NCBI GenBank assembly: GCA_010093705.1
Contig: MU006108.1
Coordinates: 248,099 to 312,098, forward strand
From: Patellaria atrata CBS 101060
Lineage: Eukaryota
Reading direction: 5' to 3'
Length of the DNA stretch: 64,000 nt
Made by a program: the position numbers and the translations under genes. How positions within the stretch are numbered: the first letter of the stretch is position 1; the number at the start of each line of letters is the position of its first letter. This document shows, piece after piece, positions 46,518 to 56,922 of this stretch. The notes under the pieces are model-generated. The model was not told the origin of the DNA. It saw nothing but the letters and a program-made list of their open reading frames with translations, and did no database searches.

Positions 46518-47571
46518 TTTTTTTTAAATACATTGACACCTCCTTCCTTACTAAGTATACCTGATTTTAGCCGTCATAAAGTTGAGGTTTCGGCGCTATG
46601 AGATATCAAGTAGCTTTGCACTCCCTTCACAACCAAAAAGTTCAATTGCCTCTCTAGGCCCGTCTCCTTCCCCTTTTTCACGGGGGTGTTAATAGAGTAA
46701 AGGAATAGAAGGGGTGTTCGAAATAATAGTCCCCTTCAAATAACAGCTCCCGAAGAAAAAACAAAAACAAAAAAAATTAAAAAAAATTTAAAATAATTCC
46801 CACCCCGCTCCGTAGAGACGACGTGGTATATCTGCTCGAAGGCATTTTCTTCCCCCCTTTGAGATTCAACTCCTGGACAGGTTTACCGGATTGGGCCTGA
46901 TTCGGTGTGGTAGGGGTTCTCCCACCACTAGGTAGACTACAGGTCCTAGGCTAGGTATAGAAAGAAGTCACAGTTGGTTTGTTGATAAGGTGGGAGTGGA
47001 AGGGACGTGTTTAGGGGGAGTAGAATAATAGCTCCCTTTTAATGGGCTGCTTCTTGGTTCTTAGTTTATCTGATACGGCTCAGGTTTCTACAATCACTGT
47101 TAGAGTCAAATATAGCCTTGCCATCAATCTTGAGCTGTCTGTCCCGTGATAAGGGAAAAAATATATTCCTATATTGAAAAAAAGCTTCAAAATTGTTCCT
47201 AGACCCCCACATGCGAAATATCGAATCTACTAAGTTTGGGGGAGGCAGGATGGGGGTATTGAACCGGAGGGTGAATGGGGGAAAGGGTAAGAGAGGATAG
47301 GTAGAGGCTAAGTATCCAGGAATCAACAGCGAGGAGGACATTATATCTCCCCACATAGAAGGTCCAGTCAGCTCCATCACCTCCACACAAATTTCGACGA
47401 ACAGTTCGAGTCAAAACAGTGGTCGGTGGAAAGGGGGGTAAGTAGTGCTGGAATCACACCGCAGCAACGTAACTCAAGACAAACATCCTCACTATATCAC
47501 TTACATATCCAGCCATAGACACCAGTTTCAATTCCGATTCCAATTCTGACAACAGGGGTATCGATTCTCTC

Positions 47572-47889
47572 CTATCTCTCCCGTTCCCTCAAATCCCTCC
47601 ATCCCTCACTCCACCCCCAATTCCAATCCGCCTCCCCTTTCCTCGCCTCCGCCAACCCCTCCAAATACTTCCAATGTGCCACCCTCCTACAGCGATCGCA
47701 CACCTCGCTCCTATCATGATGATCCACGTACCTGTCGTCTTTGAGCAGGCAGGTGCGCGCGAGACGCAGCTTCTTGGTGTTGTCGTCGGCGATGGAGCGG
47801 TGTTTACGGATCAGCGGGTTCCAGCAGTTGGAGGCGGTTGTGAAGGTGTGGGCGCAGGCGGGGTGGGTGTAGTGGGTTATTTTGCACAT
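47572..47889 (-). CDS. small Cys/His-patterned hypothetical protein (105 aa), putative Zn binder
   Basis: Starts MC, then CxH (CAH), spaced Cys and a CxxC (CDRC). Start context AACATG is good and codon use looks coding-like. Confidence 0.65.
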   Translation of the reverse strand: MCKITHYTHPACAHTFTTASNCWNPLIRKHRSIADDNTKKLRLARTCLLKDDRYVDHHDRSEVCDRCRRVAHWKYLEGLAEARKGEADWNWGWSEGWRDLRERER

Positions 47890-49764
47890 GTTCTGCGCCT
47901 TTTTTTGTAGTTTACGGGGGGAGGAGCCAGATGTTGGGTAGAGTCTAGGGGAGTTTATGGTAGTGTATGAGTTATGGATTTCGGACTGTCTAAGTACGGT
48001 TGTGGTGGTGTTTGTTGTGATATGGATATGCGTTGGTTGGTTGGTCGATGACTACCATGCTGGCGACGTTGAACGGTATATATACGCGTGTAGATGGTCT
48101 TCACAATGTAGTGATCCTTTTGTTGTGGTGAATAAAGGGCTCGTGATCGGGCTCTTTCATGATGTTTGAAAACTGTGAATGGGGACAACACATTATATTT
48201 TTGGAACAAAGGGAGAAGCGTAGCCTTTAGTTGACAATTGTAAGAGGCGTAGGAACGACGTGGTGAATCTGATTGTTCTAACAATGAGTTAGTGGATAAG
48301 TCTTTCTGATTCGGATTACTGGAGGAAACCCTTTTTCTTCTTGTATTGTTTGAAATAATTGGGTACTTTTTTGTACTTTACGCTTGATGTATGCGTTTTA
48401 ATAGTGTTAGTAGAACCTTTGGCTTGGTGATCTGAAAGTGAAGGGAAGGTTTTTGCTCTGTACTGAGTACTTACAACATGTTTTCATTGCTGTCACAGCT
48501 CCATTGCAGCTGCCAAAAAGAGAGCATAAGATAGTGATTCCCAGTAACCTAAAAATGAGGAGCTTCGAAACTATTAGGAAGTAGATTAGACCTTCGATAG
48601 GGTCAATATCTATACCTAGGAGTCTATTTGGAGGAGTTGAAGGAAATCTAGCTGAGCATTGGCACTAAGGTTAGAGGAAAGGGGGGGGTTGTTCAAAATA
48701 ACAGCTCCAAATAAGAACTATACCCTTCCAGCAGGATACTGACTGATATACACTGCACGAGTGTGATCCTCTTACTCTAGAACCTAAATGAGGGTTGGTT
48801 GGTCCTAGTTCTACACGATCGCATCGCGTCGTCCATAATATGGAAGTCTCCCGTCTTGTACAGTACAGTAGTTCCATGACTCTTCCCAGGTAAAGGGAAC
48901 ATATAAAACTGGTTCTGGAATCTACCTCTAGAACCACAAGGTAGAAGGGTTGCAGCCTCACGAAACGGTAAGCGATGACTACAGAGTCGATACACATTTG
49001 CCTCGATTTTTGGGCATGGGAACGGTTGTTGAGATTGGGGGACGATGGAATGGGATAGGGGTCAAGCAATCAACTGCATCTGCCTATACTGTAGTTCTAC
49101 AGTACAGAAAACAACAAATAAGACACGCATGCAATGGTTCAAACCCCAATGGAGACGAAGAAGAGACCCAATTCACAGACAAAGAAAAAGTCAAGCACCA
49201 TACAGACGAACCTACAATATAAAACTAGTCTCCTAATCAAGGAAATGTTACCTGATACCACCTATGACGAAAACCCTTCAAATCCGCAATGGTCACAAGG
49301 GTGTCGTAAGTGTACATCACATCACGATACCTACCTCCCATGTAAAATGTTCGTCCAAGCCGCCAAGGCTCATAATAACGAGCGGGACGATCTACCTTAC
49401 GAAATGCACAGTACTAATCTTAGATCTTCCCGCCGACAGATCCGTTCCACAACATCAGCCCTGTTTCCCTGGACTGGGTTATAGTCGGTCTAGAAGGCGG
49501 GAATGGGGTTCAAATACGAGGGTTGTGGAAGGGAAATTAGGTAACGACGTTGCACGACATGTCGGATTCGTTCGTGATGCATCGTGGAGAGTAGAATACA
49601 AGAGTATATAAAGAGAGTCTCGATGGATGACTTGTAGCTTATTGATCCCGCACTCTTTCTCAGATACAGTAAGATCATAAAAACGAGCAATCCATCTCAT
49701 TTACCGTATCATCCCGTCTCCTATTATACCGCCCATCCAACCAACTTCCCCAAAACTTTTCAAA

Positions 49765-50472
49765 ATGGTCCACATCCCCTCCCTCCTCTCACTTCTCCTC
49801 ACTCTCTCCGCCTCCGCCTCCGCCTCCGCCTCAATCTCCACCCCAAAGCCCTGCCGTCCCGTCGGCAAGGCGACGCTCCACCAAGCGACCTACGACGACC
49901 TCATCTTCACCGAGCCCGACACAACACCAATCGGGACCTACAAAGGCCTAATCTACTCCAACTTCTACGGTGAGCCCCATCCCTCCCATACCCCCATTTT
50001 ACCCTCCCCTTACCCCCCTACCCCCCTCCCCCAATCTCCCCTAACACCCCCAGTCGACCAAGACGACGGCTTCATCCGCCCCACCTCCGGCCTGAACGTC
50101 GCACACTCCTACTCCTCCGCCTCCCCCCGTCTCATCACCGCATCTCCCAACTCCAGCTTCAACCTCCGATCCCTGAGTCTAGCCTGCGTGCAAGGCTACC
50201 CACAACCCGACTGCACCGTCGTATTCCGGGGTCTGCGCGTCGACGGCGCGACCTGGATGCAACTCACCGTCACTTTTCCAGCGCTCGACAACACGCAGCC
50301 GCGCTTCGAGATGCTAGGCGTCAGTTTCCCTCCGCAGTGGACGGATCTGCGGAGCTTGGAGGTCGTGAGCGCGACGATTGAGGGCACGGGGGATTATACT
50401 GGTGTTGAGATTGATGATTTGGTTTATGAGACTAGGAGGTGTAGGCAGATGGTGGCGATTCGTGCCTTTTGA
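49765..50472 (+). CDS. small secreted beta-rich protein of unknown function (207 aa after splicing); exons 49765-49969, 50054-50472
   Basis: Signal peptide MVHIPSLLSLLLTLSASASA and four Cys. The in-frame C-rich insert has GTGAGC...CCTAAC...CAG, so it is an 84-nt intron. Confidence 0.8.
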   Translation: MVHIPSLLSLLLTLSASASASASISTPKPCRPVGKATLHQATYDDLIFTEPDTTPIGTYKGLIYSNFYGEPHPSHTPILPSPYPPTPLPQSPLTPPVDQDDGFIRPTSGLNVAHSYSSASPRLITASPNSSFNLRSLSLACVQGYPQPDCTVVFRGLRVDGATWMQLTVTFPALDNTQPRFEMLGVSFPPQWTDLRSLEVVSATIEGTGDYTGVEIDDLVYETRRCRQMVAIRAF

Positions 50473-51087
50473 GTAAAGTGAATTTTTTTCGGGGATGGTA
50501 GTTAAAGGGGTAAATTGTAAGCTAGACGTAAGGAGAGAAAGAATATCTGTACCGCAGTGGCGGCCGTCTGAAGTTGAGATCTGCTACCTGCCGCTCATAG
50601 TCAACCTTTAAGGAGATGCATACTGGTACTGGATGATGTGTTTTTGAGTAGTGTAGTAGATGACTTACATAATAGGTGGCAGTCTGACAGATATCGATAT
50701 CATGAACAGCAACGTGTCAATAATCGAGTAAACTGGAAATCACTGTAGGAGATAGGGCTACAAAATCAGAGTGGTCACAGTTGCACAGTTCATGAAGGAT
50801 AAAGGTGAAATTGCAGCTACATACAAAAGAGTTTCTCTTCGACTCTATTCCATCTTTTGTAGCCGTAAAAATAGGAGAGCGAGATTTATGGACAGAGATG
50901 CCTAAAGGAAATGAAAAGGGACGCAGAGGGAGGTCTTTTGAGGTGTACACTGTAACCGAGGATCAAGACTGAACAAGATACGCGGTCGGTTTGAGAGACG
51001 CAGAGCTTTATTATACATCTAGCACGAACTATCAGTACATCTTCGGATTATCTAGAAATCGAGGAGACGCACTCCACTTCACGCTGT

Positions 51088-53181
51088 CTATGAGAAGCTC
51101 TTGGTGAAACTTTGTACTACATCTTTCAACTTGGCATCTAAATCTTTGCTAAGCGCACCTTCACGCTCAATCTGCTCAAGGAGCCCGCTCTCGTTATTTC
51201 TAAGGTGAGCGATGAAGTCTGACTCCCACTGGAGGATCTTGTTCACAGGGACGTTGTCAAGATGACCGTTGACACCGGCGTAGATAAGGGGTACCATCTC
51301 GTTGACAGCCATAGGAGAGTACTGCTTCTGCTTGAGAAGTTCGGTCAAACGTTCACCACGGTTCAATGTTTGCTTGGTAGCAGCATCCAAATCGGAACCG
51401 AATTGAGCAAAAGCGGCGACCTCACGGTATTGAGCCAAGAAGAGTTTCAAACTGCCAGCAACCTGCTTCATGGCCTTGACCTGGGCAGCAGAACCGACAC
51501 GAGACACGGAGAGACCGACGTTGATGGCTGGACGTACACCCTTGTAGAACAATTCAGCTTCCAAGAAGATTTGACCATCAGTAATGGAAATGACGTTAGT
51601 GGGAATGTAGGCAGACACGTCACCACCCTGGGTCTCGATAATAGGCAAAGCGGTAAGGGAACCACCACCGTGCTTGTCGTTCATCTTAGCGGCACGTTCG
51701 AGAAGACGGGAATGGAGGTAGAAGACACTAGATGTAGATTAGTATGCGAAAAACAGGAATTGGTTCTATCTATGGAAGGTTCAAGACATACTCGCCGGGG
51801 TAAGCCTCACGCCCTGGTGGACGACGGAGCAACAGAGACATTTGACGGTAAGCAACGGCTTGCTTGGACAGATCATCATAGATGATCACTGCGTGCTTGC
51901 CATTGTCACGGAACCATTCGCCCATGGAGCAACCAGTGAAAGGAGCAATGTACTGTAGAGGAGCAGCCTCAGAAGCTGTAGCGGCGACAATGACGGTATA
52001 CTTCATAGCATCGTTCTCCTCAAGAGTCTTGACGAGCTGAGCAACGGTAGAACGCTTTTGACCAACGGCAACGTAGATGCAGTAAAGCTTCTTGGTCTCA
52101 TCGTTGCCGGAGTTCCATCGCTTCTGGTTAAGCATGGCATCGAGGGCGACGGCAGTCTTTCCGGTTTGACGATCACCAATGATCAACTCACGTTGACCAC
52201 GACCGATGGGAACCATAGCATCGACAGACTTCAAGCCAGTCTGCACGGGCTGATTGACGGAACGACGGGGTAAAATACCAGGGGCCTTGAGTTGAGCACG
52301 GCGCTTTTCGGTGGTCTTGACGGGACCCTTTCCATCGATTGGGTTTCCGAGAGCATCTACGACACGACCAAGCAGAGCCTCACCGACTGGAACGTCAACC
52401 TAATTTGCCGTGTTAGTACTTAGGGCTTTTAGCACCGAAACCACATCTTGAGCCTTACGATTTCTCCAGTTCGCTTGACAGTCTCGCCCTCCTTGACCAA
52501 TCGATCGGAACCGAAAAGCACAACACCGACTTGACCTGCTTCCAAGTTCATGCACATGCCCTTGACGCCGGAGGAAAACCTAAGAAAGAGTCAATTCCCG
52601 TTTAATCAAACAAAAGTTATGCTGTGTGACATACTCGACTAGTTCCTCGGCTTGGACATTGGCCATACCATGTACACGAGCAATACCGTCACTAACAATC
52701 GCATATCAGTTTATGTTAAAGGTAACCACAGTTCATCATATATCGAGCTGAAGCATACCCGACGGAAAGGACACGACCGGTCTCGGCCAAGCTGGCCTCC
52801 TCTTGCACACCACGAATTCTCTGTTCTAGAATAGATGAGACTTCGGTGGGAGCGGCCTTAGTATCGGAGGCATAGCTTCGAACTTGCTTTGATGATGCGT
52901 TATAGATGACGGGAGTGGCTCGGCTCTGTTGAGGGAGAAAAATCCGTCAGCGCTCGGTTGTAGAAGAGCTCCCGTAACAATTGCGATGGCCAACAACAGC
53001 TCCAAAACAGCAAGCAGTATGTGTATAACCATATTAAGCTTGGAATTGATGCTTGAGAGAAGTCCGGAAATCACAATGGAAGCTTTCGGAGGAGCATTGA
53101 TGAACTTACCGATGCAACTCTGCTGGTAGCAGAGACTGCCCCGACGATGCGGGTAGACTGACGAACGGCGTTCCTGATCAT
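51088..53181 (-). CDS. ATP1: Mitochondrial F1 ATP synthase alpha subunit; exons 53181-53110, 52925-52759, 52691-52635, 52579-52459, 52399-51792, 51727-51088
   Basis: Presequence [39 protein letters not shown], Walker [27 protein letters not shown] and [13 protein letters not shown]. Five canonical introns. Confidence 0.99.
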
Positions 53182-53345
53182 TGTGAGTCTGCTCAGGATG
53201 CAAGATTAGATAGCTCTGCTACCAATTGCAATTGAAGCAGAACGAAAAGAGCGGAGATTGAGGGTTGGATGGATGGAATGAAGCTCGAGGTAATGAGAGG
53301 GCCGTGGATGTTGCTCTCCTCTCGAGCGAAAGCCGCCCAGACTTT

Positions 53346-53367
53346 GCACGTGCTTTTAGATCACGTG
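53346..53367. promoter_or_regulatory. paired CACGTG E-boxes upstream of ATP1
   Basis: GCACGTGC at 53346-53353 and TCACGTG at 53361-53367, 165-185 bp upstream of the ATG. Confidence 0.35.
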
Positions 53368-53735
53368 TTCCGGCAAGCCATCTTGAAATTCATCATTATT
53401 GTATATGATTACAATACTCAACTACTCGAACTTTTGTTCCTTAAAAATTTACCAGTTTGAAGAGTTTACTCGCAAGAAGAAGTCCACCCAAGGAGGCAAT
53501 AGAATAATAACAGTCCCAACAAGCTGATCTTTTAATTCCTACAAACATCGACTTTCCAAGGGGTGTTCTAAGCCTCGTATCTCTCCGTATACGTAAACAA
53601 ACTCTAGCTCTGAATCTCCAGTTCTTTCAAGGAGTTGCTATCCATCAATTATTCATTGAGTCGCGGATAAAAACGAGCGATATACGCTAAAATAAAAACT
53701 TGATACCGATTCAAGAATGATCTAGAAATGGTTCT

Positions 53736-54501
53736 CTAAGAGGTCTTCTTGTTCCCATCTGCAATCCCATTAGTTTGAGAAGCTTGTTTTTTGGAGTCCT
53801 TCAATTTCTTCAACTCCTGCTCCACTGCGTTGTCCAGTCTGGCTTTGAGCTCGGGACGGTATCCTAAGGCAAACAGGAGTTCAAACCAAACGAAGAATGG
53901 AGCCAAGAAGAGTGCTTGAACAAGATTATCCAAAAGAGCTGGTGCCATCCCCTCGTACTTTCCATGCCCAATGAACTGTGCTATCCAGCTGGCGATATTA
54001 ATGCCTGCCGCCCAGTAATTCGCCGTTACTCCGTAAGTCATTCTTAGATAATTCGCGTATGCTGTCCCTCCTATGATCAGCGGAGCGAGCATTGCTCCTG
54101 CAACAGGTTCCATAAGAATGTAGAGGATAGCGTAATGTGCTGCTACGATGGTCCCTATATTCGGTGGGAGGTTTGGTATAGTAAGAGCGGAGGGAAAAGG
54201 TATCTCCGGTAGATTAGAACCCTATTGGTCGACTTAGCATTTATAGGGCACTAAATTCTTAAGCATAGATCGTACGAGAAGGATACCAGTCATCAATATC
54301 ATAGGCACGAATAACATATGAATACCAACGTTGACCTAAGTCGCAAGGGAGTGTGAGTTTGTTGGACGATGAGCGAAGGTTAGCTATACGAACAGGATTA
54401 TGGTGATACGATCCATACTATTAGTGTTAGTATCACATGTCCGGCGTGAGTTGTATGTATAGACTTACAAAAACTAATTGTTTCTCTAAGTTGAGGGCCA
54501 T
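53736..54501 (-). CDS. MPO1: DUF962/Mpo1-like ER membrane protein (2-hydroxy fatty acid dioxygenase family); exons 54501-54469, 54417-54394, 54335-54276, 54221-53736
   Basis: MALNLEKQLVF|YGSYHHNP|VNVGIHMLFVPMIL...WIAQFIGHGKYEGMAPALLDNLVQALFLAPFFVWFE...GYRPEL. Three phase-0 introns. Confidence 0.92.
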
Positions 54502-54706
54502 GGTTGTCAATTAAATTGAGCGACGTAGCTGCTCTGGATGGATTACGCTTTATATTAGCTGACGGAAGGACACTTTATCATGCTTGATGGCCTTTCATGA
54601 GATAGAAAGAAATTATGCGGGGAATCCGTAGAGAATATAAGTGTCAAGTTGGTCTTAACAATTATAAGATATCCATATTGGTAAGAGTACAACATTAGCA
54701 CGTGAT

Positions 54707-54994
54707 TATAACGATTATATAGATATAGGAATATAGGTAAAACTATAATATTAATTATTATATTAATAATTATATAAATCTAATTTTTATTAAAAATATA
54801 AAGAGAAAAATAAATAAAATAAATAATAAAATATATATTTTAATTTTATTTATTTTAATAAATATAAATTTTTTTTATAATAAATTTATTAATTATAAAT
54901 TTTTTATATTAATTATTAATAATATAATTTATAAATAAATAATATATTTTTTTATATATTATAATTTTTTTTATAATAATATATTTTTTTAATA
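54707..54994. mobile_element. oldest, RIP-saturated repeat relic at the edge of the AT-rich block
   Basis: Abrupt switch to almost pure A/T. It begins TATAACGAT, which reads like a G-to-A mutated LTR end TGTAACGAT. Confidence 0.55.
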
Positions 54995-56507
54995 ACGTAA
55001 AGCATCATCGAGTGTCGCACACCATCGAGTGTCGCAGAATTTCTTGGCAGCTATTACCTCTACTACAACACGAAATGTCTCAACAACAACAAGATAATAA
55101 AGCTCAACAAGAAGGCCGAATAGATCTTGCACTTCAAGCCTATAAGGAAGGCCAATTTTGAAGCCTACGACGCGCCGCCGCCGCGTATAACGCGTGCCCA
55201 CGAAAGCTTCAGCGAAGATACAACCAAACCCTCGCCCGAGCCAATTGCCAGCCTAATTGCCAGAAGCTCACCGCGACCGAAGAGCAAACGATCGTCCGAT
55301 ATATTCTTGACCTCGATTNNNNNNNNNNNNNNNNNNNNNNNNNNNNNNNNNNNNNNNNNNNNNNNNNNNNNNNNNNNNNNNNNNNNNNNNNNNNNNNNNN
55401 NNNNNNNNNNNNNNNNNNNNNNNNNNNNNNNNNNNNNNNNNNNNNNNNNNNNNNNNNNNNNNNNNNNNNNNNNNNNNNNNNNNNNNNNNNNNNNNNNNNN
55501 NNNNNNNNNNNNNNNNNNNNNNNNNNNNNNNNNNNNNNNNNNNNNNNNNNNNNNNNNNNNNNNNNNNNNNNNNNNNNNNNNNNNNNNNNNNNNNNNNNNN
55601 NNNAGAGCATCTGCGCTGCAGGGTACGCGATCCCACCCTTCATCATCTACAAAGGCCGCGTCCACATCTCTGCATGGTACGAGGAGACAGATATACCGCG
55701 CAACTGGAAGATCTCAGTCTCTGAGAACGGCTGGACAAATAACGCGCTTGGTCTTGAGTGGTTGAAGCACTTTGACGCGCATACAAAGGCGCGTACGGTA
55801 GGGGTATACCGGCTGCTTATCCTCGACGGCCATGAGAGCCACCTCAACCAGGATTTCAAGGATTACTGCCTAGAGAACAAGATCTTAACGCTCTATATGC
55901 CTCCTCACTCATCGCATATACTCCAACCACTTGACGTAGTCTGCTTTTCGCCATTAAAGCGCAAGTACTCCCAGCGCGTTCGAGACTTGGCACGCCGGCG
56001 CGTCTTCCATATCAACAAAGAGGGCTTCCTACCAGCCTTTAAGGACGCGTTTTTTGACGTATTTACAGAGGAGAACTATCGCAAAGCCTTTGAGGCATCA
56101 GGCCTTATCCCTATCAACGCGCAGGTAGTGCTAAATCGCCTTGAAGTACGCCTACGCACCCCACTAGAACCCCTACCACTACAGACGCCGTGGCAATCAA
56201 AGACTCCAAGTAACACGCTTGAATTTGGATCGCAATTAAAGCTCGTACGGGATTCTATTACTAGATCGCCTACTACAGCTTAGTCTAGGCTTGTACAGCT
56301 CGTAAAAGGAGCTAAATTAATGATGCATGGAAGCGCGCTTATGGGCGCCCGTATTGCTAAGCTTGAAGAGCAATTGGCAGTAATAACTAAGAGGAAAACG
56401 CGTAAACGGAAGCGGATTCAGCACGGCGGTATAATAGAGTATAGTGAGGCGTTAGCGAAGGTAGCTACTAAGGCGTCTACGGCGTCTTAGCGATTAAAGA
56501 AGGCTCG
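54995..56507 (+). mobile_element. Fot1/pogo-like (Tc1/mariner superfamily) DNA transposon, left part, interrupted at 56508
   Basis: TA target (54993-54994) followed by an ACGT terminus, and a subterminal direct repeat CATCGAGTGTCGCA at 55006 and 55023. The transposase follows. The right TIR is not in the window. Confidence 0.92.
55075..56507 (+). pseudogene. pogo/Fot1 DDE_1 transposase pseudogene (spans a 285-N gap, 55319-55603)
   Basis: HTH N-terminus EGRIDLALQAY...SLRRAAAAY...KLTATEEQTIVRYILDLD. DDE core SENGWT, RLLILDGHESH and PPHSSHILQPLDVVCFSPLK. Premature stops TGA 55159 and TAG 56281, each one C-to-T change from CGA or CAG. Confidence 0.93.
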
Positions 56508-56756
56508 TGTAACGATGTTATAGATTATCATTTCCTACTTTCCCTTATTAGTAGTAGTCGCGCCGAGGTTCTACCGTTACGTGCTTAATACTAGTAGATC
56601 GCGCGACTATAATTTCTTCTTTCCTTAATTTAATCTCTTTATATTATAGTTAGATTATATTAGTTATAATTTAATTCGATTCTTTATAATTGTTATACTA
56701 TTATATTAAATTAAGTTCTATTATTATAGTTTTAAAAAGACGATATAATATTCTAA

Positions 56757-56922
56757 TCTAATACTTAAAAGTATTAAGACTAAAAATTATAAGTTTATCT
56801 AATACTTAAAAGTATTAAAACTAATAATAATAAGAGAAATCTAATATTTAAAAGTATTAAAACTAAAGATTATAAGTTTATTTAATATTTAAAAGTATTA
56901 AAATTAATAATAATAAAAGAAA
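56757..56922. repeat. four tandem 41-42 bp units (A-B-A-B), each with a TAATACTT-AA-AAGTATTA palindrome, near the Gypsy LTR end
   Basis: Units start at 56757, 56798, 56840 and 56881. Like units differ by transitions. Confidence 0.85.

Noticed and set aside
46806..46880. tRNA-like look (TGGTA and GATTCAACTCC boxes)
   Set aside because: No acceptor-stem pairing or anticodon arm could be built.
56757..56922. CRISPR-like array (palindromic repeat plus spacers)
   Set aside because: Eukaryotic context, spacers alternate A-B-A-B instead of being unique, no cas genes, and it lies inside a retrotransposon.
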